From assembly GCA_020725175.1 (NCBI GenBank), contig DYFM01000001.1:65504-129503 (forward strand): DNA of 64,000 nucleotides, in the 5' to 3' direction. The notes beneath the pieces are model-generated. The model saw nothing but the letters and a program-made list of their open reading frames with translations. It was not told the origin of the DNA and made no database searches. Position numbers and translations under genes: made by a program. This stretch comes from Candidatus Paceibacter sp. Lineage in GTDB: Bacteria > Patescibacteriota > Patescibacteriia > Magasanikbacterales > UBA922. Positions 18,946 through 28,245 of the stretch are shown piece by piece (positions within the stretch are counted from its first letter, which is position 1; the number at the start of each line of letters is the position of its first letter).

Positions 18946-21421
18946 TATTTGTTCTGTAGATTCCATATTCATCTAGGTTTTCGGCTATTTCTGGTGGAAT
19001 ATTTTTTGCATTAAGAAACGATGCACCTTCCAGACTACAGTTTAAGAATTGTGTGTTTTTTAGGTCCACAGCCCAAAACTGACAGTTATTCATTTTACAA
19101 TAGGCAAATTTAGAATTAGTAATTTTACCGAGACTAAAGGCACTACCTTTTATATCCATATTTTCAAAAGTGATGTCACTTCTTTCCATACCCATAAAGT
19201 TTGCGTTTCTTAGTACTATACCAACAAATCTAGAACCTTTACCTTTTTTAATATTTTCAATGAGGAGAGATCTTCTAAAATATGATTGGCTGTCTATTCC
19301 ATGGGTGAAAATATCAGTATTTGGGTGATATTTTATTTCGAGAGGATCAACGATAATTTTTGCATTATCTAATCTAGTATAACATAGGTGTGCTCGGTAT
19401 AAGTTGGAACCTTCAATTGTTGCCTCTCTTAAGTCTGAACTTGTAATATACGCGTCATTAACATTAACATCTTTCATTTTTGCCTTTCTGAGATTTGCTG
19501 TGATAAGTGCTAAGTGTAAATCAACGGAATAAAGTTTACCTCCTGCGACATTACCAAGTAAATACCTTGTTGAAGCATTCTCAAGACGTAAACCAGACAT
19601 TTTCTTTATTTCTCTCTTTGCAATTTTTGGAATAAGTATCTCTTGCCTATATATACTTTCTATGTCCAAACCCTGTTCTATCCAAGCAGGAATACCTTTT
19701 GCATTGCGAAAGCAGGTTCCTTCAGGATTTATTCTATCTAAATTTGCTCCGGTAAAATCCCAGTCACTAAGGTTTAATTTTCGTAGATCCCGACTTGATA
19801 GATCTTGATCGGCGAGGTAAAAGCCTCGGGCATTTTTTAATACTGCAGCTTGCTCGTCAGTAAGATTTTCAGAGTGGTACCTTATTCTCATGATATACAG
19901 TCGACAGTCTTCTGCCGTCATATCATGCATATTGTAATCCGCCATACCAAATACTCCTTTGACTGCTGAGGTAAACCGGTTAAAGTTCGTCCCCATTTCT
20001 CCTTTGGGAAAATCATTCAGAATAAAGCAAATATTTTGCAATAAGAGTTGCACTATTCGTAATGATCTAAACATTTCTTGTCTCATTTCTTCTACTTTTT
20101 CTTTCTCTAGTGCTCGTCCTCTTTCAAAGTACTTTTTAGGGAGAAGAAATCTGGCAGACTTCGTTTTTATAGTTTCACTCAGTAAATGTTTTTCTTTTTT
20201 GTCAATTATTCTTTTTAACTCAAAACTATATTCAAATAACTCTGGAAGTACTTTCTGACAGAGGGAAAATATTTTTTTTCTTTGTTCTTTTGTTATCTTT
20301 GGAAATACATCTTGTTGAAATATGTTTAATGCTTCTCGGACGGCAGTAGGATTCGTAATTAATTTTTCGATATGCTTGTATTGTAGTAGTTTGAAGAGGG
20401 CGGTTACTTTCTGCTGTTCAATCCCTTGCATCATTTCTTCGATCCATAGTTCATAGAGAAGGCTTTCTTGATATGTTTTATCTAAGGACTGATAGTTTGT
20501 ACCATAAAATTTTTTCAGTATATCTTGATCTTCTTGTCCGACACTCTTTATTTCAGACCCTACTAATCCTTTTTTTGAGTATGATAATGCTATCGCCAGC
20601 ACATTTGGTAATTTTTCATACATTCGCGCCGTATACACTTCCATTTCTCCGGCGGTTGGTGTTGGTCCGGTAGGTTTTCCGAGAATGTGTAGTAATACTT
20701 CCTTGCCTTTTGAACTGTGAACTAGTGTTAATAGTGATTGCCAAACGCCTGGGTCTTTCTCTTTGATAAACAAAAGACTAGCTGGTTGTAATGAACTTTT
20801 GTCTCTCATTCTCTTCTTCAGTTCAACAATCACAATTGGGTCAAACAAAAAACGAACAACAGCATCAACGTGAGCTTTAAGTTCTATGTCCGGTCCGATG
20901 AGTTCTTCAAGATCCACTGCCAAGAGATGGTTAGCTTGCTCAATATCCGCTTCGCTATACCACTCCGGATGAAAAGAATCAGGAGGAAGAAGAGGGGATT
21001 CCTGTGAGTTTTCCATGTGTTCTCCTGCCTCATGGAGTACTCCGGGCAGAGCCTCTTCAGAAACGGCTCTTTCAATAATGGCAACGAGGTGTTGGAGATG
21101 TTTGAATCGATTGTCTTCAATAAGACGGGCAAGTGATGCGTGTTCTTTATGAATGTATTGTTCCATTTCAGCCACCAAATGATCAGCCCGCTCTATGCGA
21201 ACAATGATTTCCTGGATTGTTCGTTCTCGTCTGTGTCGTTCTTCATCATGTATTGTCGGGTCAAGCAAGGCCGCATGTAAATTTGGGAGCACCTCATCTC
21301 GCAAGGTATCAATCCGAAGAATCAGATCATGGATAGTGGTTTGAACCTGTTCTTGAGACGGAATGTCTGCTTTTCGTGGTTTGTATTCTCTTGGATATAT
21401 GATGAGTCTATTTTCTGACAT
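18887..21421 (-). CDS. Pentapeptide-repeat protein with long helical N-terminus
   Basis: C-terminal repeats ADQDLSSRDLRKLNLSDWDFTGANL, SDLREATIEGSNLYRAHL, VDLKNTQFLNCSLEGASF. Confidence 0.8.
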   Translation of the reverse strand: MSENRLIIYPREYKPRKADIPSQEQVQTTIHDLILRIDTLRDEVLPNLHAALLDPTIHDEERHRRERTIQEIIVRIERADHLVAEMEQYIHKEHASLARLIEDNRFKHLQHLVAIIERAVSEEALPGVLHEAGEHMENSQESPLLPPDSFHPEWYSEADIEQANHLLAVDLEELIGPDIELKAHVDAVVRFLFDPIVIVELKKRMRDKSSLQPASLLFIKEKDPGVWQSLLTLVHSSKGKEVLLHILGKPTGPTPTAGEMEVYTARMYEKLPNVLAIALSYSKKGLVGSEIKSVGQEDQDILKKFYGTNYQSLDKTYQESLLYELWIEEMMQGIEQQKVTALFKLLQYKHIEKLITNPTAVREALNIFQQDVFPKITKEQRKKIFSLCQKVLPELFEYSFELKRIIDKKEKHLLSETIKTKSARFLLPKKYFERGRALEKEKVEEMRQEMFRSLRIVQLLLQNICFILNDFPKGEMGTNFNRFTSAVKGVFGMADYNMHDMTAEDCRLYIMRIRYHSENLTDEQAAVLKNARGFYLADQDLSSRDLRKLNLSDWDFTGANLDRINPEGTCFRNAKGIPAWIEQGLDIESIYRQEILIPKIAKREIKKMSGLRLENASTRYLLGNVAGGKLYSVDLHLALITANLRKAKMKDVNVNDAYITSSDLREATIEGSNLYRAHLCYTRLDNAKIIVDPLEIKYHPNTDIFTHGIDSQSYFRRSLLIENIKKGKGSRFVGIVLRNANFMGMERSDITFENMDIKGSAFSLGKITNSKFAYCKMNNCQFWAVDLKNTQFLNCSLEGASFLNAKNIPPEIAENLDEYGIYRTNITNPETPPPAPPTPAVPQP

Positions 21422-21538
21422 ACGTAACTATGTTGAGTCAGCGGAGAGAATGGAGAATAAACGGAGGAAACGGAATTTTGTTGGTATACATTTCTGTTTT
21501 TTTGCTTGGTTTCAGGTTATTTCGCTGTTTCAATAATG

Positions 21539-22612
21539 TTATCCGTATACTTTCCAATTCGGATCAACTACCAATTCATCCCATTTCGTAAACTGCTCCT
21601 TCTTCGCTTTGAAATATCCAGCGACCCCAATCATCGCTGCATTATCCATGGAGTATTCTCTCGGACAAAGTCGGTATTGTATGTCAGCATCGTATTCTTT
21701 TAGCTTGACTTCTAGAGTATCACGAAGTTTTTTGTTGGCGCTGACTCCACCGGCTACGATGACGGTTTTTGGGCGAATCAGTTTTACTGCGTTCATGGTT
21801 TTTGTCGTAAGCACGTCGACAATGGCTTGTTCGAAACTGGCGCAAAAGTCGTGGATGTTCACCTCTCCCTGCCCCTCCTCTTTTAGGAGGGGAGATTGTA
21901 ACTGGTGGTCGCGTAGCCAGTAAAGAGCAGCGGTTTTTAGTCCTGCAAAACTAAAATCAAAATTGTCTGAGTCAATCATTGGGCGAGGGAAGTGAATAGC
22001 TTGTGTGTTTCCGTCTATCGCATGTTGGGAAATCTTTGGACCACCCGGATATTCAAACCCAAGAATTTTGGCTACTTTATCAAAACATTCACCGGCGGCA
22101 TCATCTCGGGTTTTGCCGATTAGTTCATACTCACCGTGATCTTTCATGAGGATGAGTTCGGTGTGTCCCCCGGATACAACTAGACAAACAATAGGAAAGT
22201 TTAAAGGTGTAAGTTTCAAGTTTAAAGGACTGTTTGGTTGAGTTTTTGGAGGTAGTAAGATCGAATGAATGTGTCCCTCAATATGGTTTGTTGAAATAAG
22301 CGGAATATCCCAGAGGTAGGATAATGTTTTCGCGACTTCAGTTCCTACCAAAAGACCGGTGACAAGACCGGGGCCGGAGGTGACGGCTATGGCTTCCGGC
22401 TTCGGTTTATTTTCTAGAACAGCTTCAATGAGAGGAATTATTTTTTCCGCATGTTTTCGGCCGGCGATTTCCGGTACAACACCACCATACTTTTTATGTA
22501 CATCAATTTGGCTCGCGGTTGATTCGGCGAGAATGTTGATTGATGTTTCGGTAATATCAAGGAGAGCGACAGAAGTGTCGTCACAGGAAGATTCAATGGC
22601 GAGGATGATCAT
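21539..22612 (-). CDS. tsaD: tRNA N6-adenosine threonylcarbamoyltransferase TsaD
   Basis: ILAIESSCDDT, GGVVPE, GPGL, NHIEGH, VSGGHT, DDAAGECFDK, DNAAMI. Confidence 0.98.
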   Translation of the reverse strand: MIILAIESSCDDTSVALLDITETSINILAESTASQIDVHKKYGGVVPEIAGRKHAEKIIPLIEAVLENKPKPEAIAVTSGPGLVTGLLVGTEVAKTLSYLWDIPLISTNHIEGHIHSILLPPKTQPNSPLNLKLTPLNFPIVCLVVSGGHTELILMKDHGEYELIGKTRDDAAGECFDKVAKILGFEYPGGPKISQHAIDGNTQAIHFPRPMIDSDNFDFSFAGLKTAALYWLRDHQLQSPLLKEEGQGEVNIHDFCASFEQAIVDVLTTKTMNAVKLIRPKTVIVAGGVSANKKLRDTLEVKLKEYDADIQYRLCPREYSMDNAAMIGVAGYFKAKKEQFTKWDELVVDPNWKVYG

Positions 22613-22714
22613 AGGATTTTACGAATTGCGACAGTCATGTGAATATACGAAACAGGTATAGTGTATCAGATAATTTTCTTTTTATCTACTTAGTGGGGCA
22701 TGTAAACCTATAGG

Positions 22715-22743
22715 TTGACAAAAAGGGCAAAATATGCTATACT
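22715..22743 (+). promoter_or_regulatory. Sigma70-type promoter of the large secreted protein gene
   Basis: TTGACA-N17-TATACT with TG extension; places the true start at 22773 rather than 22734. Confidence 0.75.
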
Positions 22744-22772
22744 TTTGCGTTATTTTTAGCTTCTTTATCAAT

Positions 22773-25700
22773 ATGATAAAAAAGACGATTTCGCTTATTA
22801 TAGCACTTTTAATTCTTCAGACCGTCATGCCAGCAGGGTTTGCCATGGCTACGGAACGAGGTACTTCTTCTGTTTCACGTTCATCTACAGCTCCTGTGGC
22901 ACGGTCTACTACGCCTACTCCAGTGGTTTCGCCAATAGTAAATACCCCTGTAATTTCTCGGGAAAATAGTCTGGATAGAGCAGTTGTTCGTTCTTTGACC
23001 TCTCCGTTTCCTGGGTCTAACTCTTCGGTAAATGATGGGCGACCAGAACCTATCACTCCACCAACTCGAGGTGGAGGCATTGAACCCCCTCCTCAAGATC
23101 CTGGGACAGATGTATATTGTGGAGGTGAGTTGCCCGATGTGTACATTAGTGACTACACAAAAACCGGCGTTATTTATGCCGACCCTTCTTCAGAATATGA
23201 TTATCTAACTTTTGATGTGACAATTGGTATTGCGCAAGCGGATTTGTATTTTATCAACAATGATCATCGATCGTTTCAGTTGGGGGCAACAGATAGTTAT
23301 GACGCGTTGAAAAAGATTTTTTGGGTGAAAAATCCAGTAGTGTCATTGAGTGGGTATTCTCTCTTGACGCCGTTTGACGATGTCTTGTATCGTGTTTCAG
23401 AATATGAAACCGATGTTGAGAGTGGGAAGAAGTTTTTGCCTTGTGGAACCACGTATACATTTACCGATGTGAAGGTTCCAGTTAACAAAGCCGCTTCATA
23501 TTCTGGGATTACATTTATTGCGGATTTTTATAATAAGTACCAAGAGGTGGATGAAATTAATCTGACATCTGGAAGTTTGTTTACCAACAATATCCGAGAA
23601 TATTCGCACCAAAATTATTCTGCCGCGACAATGATAGAACAAGTAATCGTAGATGAAAAAAATAAAACCTTATCAGTAACATTGGTTTATTATGGTGGTG
23701 AGCCGGTAACTGTGCGTCATTTGGAAAACTTCCAGCCGGCTTGGAAAAAACCGAGAGCTTTCAATAAGAATAGCTACCATAATATTATCAATACGGAAGG
23801 AAAGTATATTGATGGAGATTTATTTCAGAGCATTTCCTATCTTCCTCCTAAGTATGTTCCGCAAATTGAACCTCTCCGAGAATTTATTTCTGTGGAAGGT
23901 AAAAATTACGTAACGTACACAAACTTGCCAATAACCAATCACACGTGGGTCTTGTATTCACAAGATGGTCAGCAGTCGATCGCTCTTGATCTTATTGTTC
24001 CTCCTACTCTTCCGAAATATCTTTGTGAATTAACCGAATGTAATATCCCAAGCAATCATATTCGTGTCACACGGAAAACTCCACAGATACAAGATATTTC
24101 GCCTGCAAGTATCAGTCTAAATCCTCAAACAGCTGTGGTATATGAAGCCTGTGTCTTTGGCTCAAAAAGTGCTGATATTGAAAGTATTGCCTTCAAAACC
24201 GCAACCGATGCCTCAATGAAGATCAATGTGTTTAAGAATTCTTTGGCATTGTGGCCATATCCGATAGCGGTAGAAAGTTATTGGCCGGGAGATTTCCCAT
24301 TTGAGAAAAAAGTAACTGTACCGGCAAATACCTGTGTACAATTTTCGGTGGATATTTTAGAACTTGAAGCCGGGAAAGACGGTACAACTGGCAACTATGC
24401 CCGATTTGACATGAAGGGGATGGCTGCTTCTTTGCCGGTATACTTCAAGCCGGATAATCAGGTTGGGTGGAAAAATTTGGCCACAAGCGAGGAAAATGTA
24501 ACCGGTACATATGATATCTTTTCCTATCGTTCCGCAGTCATGATGCCACTGTTTGGCAACCCAACTAATTTAACGGAAACATATGTTGTTGGAAAGCAGG
24601 TTTTTGTTGGAGTGGCTGAAGTGAGGTCTTTACCGTACACAAAAGCAACGTTAGAAGGCTTAACTCTCCACACATCCTCGACCTTCAGTATTGAGTTGCC
24701 ATTTGAAGTGGATGTTTATGAATATAATGAGTTTGATAGTACATTACTTACAAAAATTAACACCGTAGTTCCCGCGCACACGGGTGAAATAGTCTTACCA
24801 CTCGATTACGACATGGTGTTTGGGAAAAATCTGCAATTTATTTTTCGAATGCCAACAGGTGCTCCGAGTAAGGGCGAGATACAGTTTTATCTTGAAGCGT
24901 TGTCGGGTGCCGAAACAGTGTATAAAGCACAACTACTTCAATACATGGGAGGTAATTTCAATGAATTTACGTTCCCAAGCCTTATTCTTCACGCGAAGTT
25001 TATTGATGAAATAGAAAATATTTCGGTGGCTAAGTTTAGTTTTTCACCTCTTTTGGGTAGTGGTGGTACCCAAACATTGTACTACACACCAAAGATGCAA
25101 GAGCAAGAATTGACAAGCGCCGGAGGAACACTGCTTTCTTCACTTCATATTTCCGTTCCAAATACGCAAAAAGAGTTTGTGGTGGAAGACTTCAATGTGG
25201 TTTTTTCCGGAACATTTTCAAACGCGCCGGTAAAAATTTTACTGAAAAACCACTGGTCGGAAGTAGTGGGTACTATTGATGGTACTATTTTCCCTGGTAA
25301 GGAGATAGTCATTCCGCAAATGACTGTAGGACCGTATGCCTCCATGCGCGTGGAAATATATATGTCCGGAGTAATCTCAACAAGTTATCCGGTATTCATA
25401 ACAACGGAATTGCCAGGAATTACGGTGAAAGATAAAATGGGAAACGCGATTGATACGGTGTTTACCGGGTATAACGCTCCCGCATCGTTCCCGGCCAAGA
25501 GTCATCCGGTGTTCTTTGGTCCGGCGAAATTGTTTGAGGCGAGTAATGGGAATTCAAACAGTCCAGAGTATGTGTTTCTTGATTTGATTCCGGAAGGGGA
25601 GGATGAGTTTGTTATGAATCAGGTTTGTTTCAAAACGCAAGGTCCGGTACAGATTAAGAGTATGACCTATCATCACTTTTTACATGATGATTCGACGAAA

Positions 25701-26015
25701 GCACCGTTTCAAGAAGCTATTCTCGATACCGGGAGTAACAAAATTTACATGCAAGACAGTCAGTGGACGCAAAAACAAATCCTGGCAAAATTTCCGTTTA
25801 CCAAACCGATTAGCTTGGGCAGTCAACAAACATTTTGTGCCGTGATGAAAGTGCGGACCCCACAATTTGATATTGACAATGCTTTCTTTGACTTAATCGG
25901 TATTGAAGCGGAAACGCCAGTTGGAGAACCGGTACTTACGTATCTAAAAAATAGTAACGCGGAATTGTCCAAGCAGTATCCGATCAAGGGAACGGTCTAT
26001 TCATTTGTGAAGTAA
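22773..26015 (+). CDS. Large secreted or surface protein with S/T/P-rich linker and beta-rich domains
   Basis: Signal peptide MIKKTISLIIALLILQTVMPAGFAMA; S/T/P-rich region; CARDB-like ADFYNKYQEVDEIN; ~1080 aa. Confidence 0.8.
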   Translation: MIKKTISLIIALLILQTVMPAGFAMATERGTSSVSRSSTAPVARSTTPTPVVSPIVNTPVISRENSLDRAVVRSLTSPFPGSNSSVNDGRPEPITPPTRGGGIEPPPQDPGTDVYCGGELPDVYISDYTKTGVIYADPSSEYDYLTFDVTIGIAQADLYFINNDHRSFQLGATDSYDALKKIFWVKNPVVSLSGYSLLTPFDDVLYRVSEYETDVESGKKFLPCGTTYTFTDVKVPVNKAASYSGITFIADFYNKYQEVDEINLTSGSLFTNNIREYSHQNYSAATMIEQVIVDEKNKTLSVTLVYYGGEPVTVRHLENFQPAWKKPRAFNKNSYHNIINTEGKYIDGDLFQSISYLPPKYVPQIEPLREFISVEGKNYVTYTNLPITNHTWVLYSQDGQQSIALDLIVPPTLPKYLCELTECNIPSNHIRVTRKTPQIQDISPASISLNPQTAVVYEACVFGSKSADIESIAFKTATDASMKINVFKNSLALWPYPIAVESYWPGDFPFEKKVTVPANTCVQFSVDILELEAGKDGTTGNYARFDMKGMAASLPVYFKPDNQVGWKNLATSEENVTGTYDIFSYRSAVMMPLFGNPTNLTETYVVGKQVFVGVAEVRSLPYTKATLEGLTLHTSSTFSIELPFEVDVYEYNEFDSTLLTKINTVVPAHTGEIVLPLDYDMVFGKNLQFIFRMPTGAPSKGEIQFYLEALSGAETVYKAQLLQYMGGNFNEFTFPSLILHAKFIDEIENISVAKFSFSPLLGSGGTQTLYYTPKMQEQELTSAGGTLLSSLHISVPNTQKEFVVEDFNVVFSGTFSNAPVKILLKNHWSEVVGTIDGTIFPGKEIVIPQMTVGPYASMRVEIYMSGVISTSYPVFITTELPGITVKDKMGNAIDTVFTGYNAPASFPAKSHPVFFGPAKLFEASNGNSNSPEYVFLDLIPEGEDEFVMNQVCFKTQGPVQIKSMTYHHFLHDDSTKAPFQEAILDTGSNKIYMQDSQWTQKQILAKFPFTKPISLGSQQTFCAVMKVRTPQFDIDNAFFDLIGIEAETPVGEPVLTYLKNSNAELSKQYPIKGTVYSFVK

Positions 26016-26025
26016 ATTTATCAGC

Positions 26026-26059
26026 AAAAAAACTCCTCGATATATTCGAGGAGTTTTTT
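26026..26059. terminator. Bidirectional intrinsic terminator
   Basis: AAAAAACTCCTCGA-tatat-TCGAGGAGTTTTTT. Confidence 0.8.
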
Positions 26060-26060
26060 A

Positions 26061-26642
26061 TTAATCAGATAAACCACCAGCGTCAGCTGGTGAGTGCGTT
26101 TAAAAGCGTAGCTCATGGTACACTATCACCACCTCTCACAGAAAGGAGGTGATAGTTCTATGAGCATCAGGACAAAACTCTACCAATTGGATCACTGCAC
26201 CTACGACTGCAGTTATCATGTCGTGTGGACGCCACGGTACCGAGGAAAAGTTCTTGCCGATACCTACATTAAACAAGAACTCAAGAGAATGTTCAAGCAG
26301 ATAGAGAATTGGAAAGGATTACAAATCTACGCTTGGCACATTGGGGATGAACACATCCATCTGTATCTAGGTATCCCACCAAAATACTCAATCTCCTACA
26401 TTATTCAAATTCTCAAAGGTAAAACCTCAGGATGGATCAAAAAGAAAACCAAGAAATTCCCCAAAGGAGCTCTCTGGGGACGAGGGTATTTTGTTTCAAC
26501 CGTTGGTATCAACGAACATGCCGTTAAACGGTATGTAGAAAACCAATCTCACCATCAAGTAACGATGGAACAACTCAAACTGCCTCAGCTGCCGTAGGCA
26601 GCAGGCCAGAAACCGCCGGCGATTAAGCCGGCGGTTTTCATT
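26061..26642 (+). mobile_element. IS200/IS605-family element, tnpA only
   Basis: Left hairpin CACCAGC-gtca-GCTGGTG (26075-26092); right hairpin AAACCGCCGGC-gattaa-GCCGGCGGTTT (26610-26637); Y1 transposase between them. Exact ends uncertain. Confidence 0.85.
26160..26597 (+). CDS. tnpA: IS200/IS605 Y1 (HUH) transposase
   Basis: YHVVWTPRYR, DEHIHL (HUH), LKGKTS, LWGRGYFVSTVG, catalytic YVENQ; SD AAGGAGGTG inside the ACTATCACC...GGTGATAGT hairpin. Confidence 0.95.
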   Translation: MSIRTKLYQLDHCTYDCSYHVVWTPRYRGKVLADTYIKQELKRMFKQIENWKGLQIYAWHIGDEHIHLYLGIPPKYSISYIIQILKGKTSGWIKKKTKKFPKGALWGRGYFVSTVGINEHAVKRYVENQSHHQVTMEQLKLPQLP

Positions 26643-26643
26643 G

Positions 26644-26715
26644 TAGCGCCAAGGGGAATCGAACCCCTGTTCCCAGGATGAAAACCTGGTGTCCTAACCA
26701 CTAGACGATGGCGCC
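26644..26715 (-). tRNA. tRNA-Glu(TTC), CCA not encoded
   Basis: GGCGCCA acceptor; anticodon arm CCAGG-TTTTCAT-CCTGG; T-arm GGTTCGATTCC; promoter TTGACG-N17-TATACT at 26744-26772 (minus). Confidence 0.97.
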
Positions 26716-26820
26716 ATGATGAAACTGATTGGAAAACAGCAACAGTATAGCACTTTTTATTTTGTACGTCAAGAGAGAGTGGTGCAAAAGAGACGGAGAT
26801 AATGATATACACAGGAATCC

Positions 26821-26849
26821 TTGACTTTTTTCACGTGATTGTGTAGTAT
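26821..26849 (+). promoter_or_regulatory. Sigma70-type promoter of rplJL
   Basis: TTGACT-N17-TAGTAT immediately before the L10 leader. Confidence 0.7.
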
Positions 26850-26854
26850 AGCGA

Positions 26855-26987
26855 CACCATAGACAGTAGGTTCCCAAGCATGGGAGTAATATCCTACCGA
26901 GGCAAAAGAGTTTATTTGTTTATTAGTTTATTTTTAGCTAATAAATGAGCTTTTCAAGGTCGAACTCAAACGCATATGTCTGTGGTG
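26855..26987 (+). promoter_or_regulatory. Ribosomal protein L10 leader (autoregulatory RNA)
   Basis: AGACAGTAGG...CCTACCGAGG core; outer stem CACCATAGAC / GTCTGTGGTG; located upstream of rplJ. Confidence 0.8.
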
Positions 26988-27043
26988 AATAGCCACTTTT
27001 TTTATTGGTCAGCCAATAAACTAATAAACCAATAAACACTTTT

Positions 27044-27568
27044 ATGGCAAAAACCAGACAGGAAAAAGAACAAGCTCTTTCTACCTTGGTGAGTTCCATG
27101 AAAGAGGCCAAAGGCGTTGCCTTTGCCAACTTTCAAGGACTCAAAATGGAAGAAATCAATGAGCTTCGTTCCAAATGTCGAGAAGAAGGAATCCAAACTG
27201 TAGCCAGCAAAAAAACCCTCGTTACCTTGGCGCTCAAAGAGCTCGGTATCGATGTGGATGCAAAACAGTTTGGTGGTGGTGTCCAAGTATTTTTTGGAAA
27301 CACCGATGAAGTTGCTCCGGCCAAGGTCGTCGCAGACTTTGCTAAAGCACATGAAGCCGCTTCATTTTTTGGAGGAGTTCTCGAAGGAAAGTTTATCGAT
27401 GCCGACGGCATGAAAGCCTTGTCATCACTTCCAAGTAAACAACAATTGCTTGGTCAATTGGTGGGCACGATCAACGCACCGGTATCAGGATTTGTAAACG
27501 TCCTCGCCGGCAACTTGCGTGGCTTGGTAACTGTGTTGAATGCAGTGAAGGATAAGCAGGCGGCGTAA
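27044..27568 (+). CDS. rplJ: 50S ribosomal protein L10
   Basis: FQGLKMEEINELR, KKTL, LSSLPSKQQLLGQLVG. Confidence 0.97.
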   Translation: MAKTRQEKEQALSTLVSSMKEAKGVAFANFQGLKMEEINELRSKCREEGIQTVASKKTLVTLALKELGIDVDAKQFGGGVQVFFGNTDEVAPAKVVADFAKAHEAASFFGGVLEGKFIDADGMKALSSLPSKQQLLGQLVGTINAPVSGFVNVLAGNLRGLVTVLNAVKDKQAA

Positions 27569-27711
27569 TAAAAAAAGTTTCAACCGATGCAACCTATAGC
27601 ATTCGGCTGAGCTCACGACTTGAAGTCTCTAGCCGCTTTCCATCAGAAAAGGAAAGGGGAACTTGGAAAACATGTTTTAACTAATCAACAAATAAATTAA
27701 TCAACTTCAAT

Positions 27712-28122
27712 ATGTCAGAAGAAGCAAAAAAAGATGTTGTAGTGCCAGAAAAGTTTCAGGCACTCGTGGAACAGATCGAAAAAATGTCTGTCCTTGATCT
27801 TTCAGAACTGGTAAAGGTTCTTGAAGATAAATTTGGTGTATCAGCAGCTGCTCCAGCAATGATGATGGCTGGTCCAGTAGCAGGTGCTGCAGCTCCAGCG
27901 GCAGAAGAAAAGTCTGAATTCAATGTAGAATTGACTGACGCCGGCGCAAACAAGATCGCGGTGATCAAAGTGGTCAAAGAATTGACCGGCCTTGGTCTTG
28001 CGGAAGCAAAAGCCCTCGTTGACGGTGCTCCAAAGGCTGTTAAAGAAGGTGTGAAGAAAGAAGAAGCTGAAGCGATGAAAGCAAAAATCGAAGAAGCTGG
28101 TGGTAAAGTTGAATTGAAGTAA
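27712..28122 (+). CDS. rplL: 50S ribosomal protein L7/L12
   Basis: [38 protein letters not shown]. Confidence 0.98.
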   Translation: MSEEAKKDVVVPEKFQALVEQIEKMSVLDLSELVKVLEDKFGVSAAAPAMMMAGPVAGAAAPAAEEKSEFNVELTDAGANKIAVIKVVKELTGLGLAEAKALVDGAPKAVKEGVKKEEAEAMKAKIEEAGGKVELK

Positions 28123-28182
28123 GAACCACACCACTCAAGGCGGACCCGCCTAGGGCGGGGAATTGACACATGTGTGTTGATG

Positions 28183-28211
28183 AAAAAATCAGTCCGGAAG
28201 GGCTGATTTTT
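28183..28211. terminator. Bidirectional terminator after rplL
   Basis: AAAAATCAGTCC-ggaa-GGGCTGATTTTT. Confidence 0.75.
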
Positions 28212-28245
28212 GTGTCATGATAGTTGGGTGATTAAGGTGGATGTA

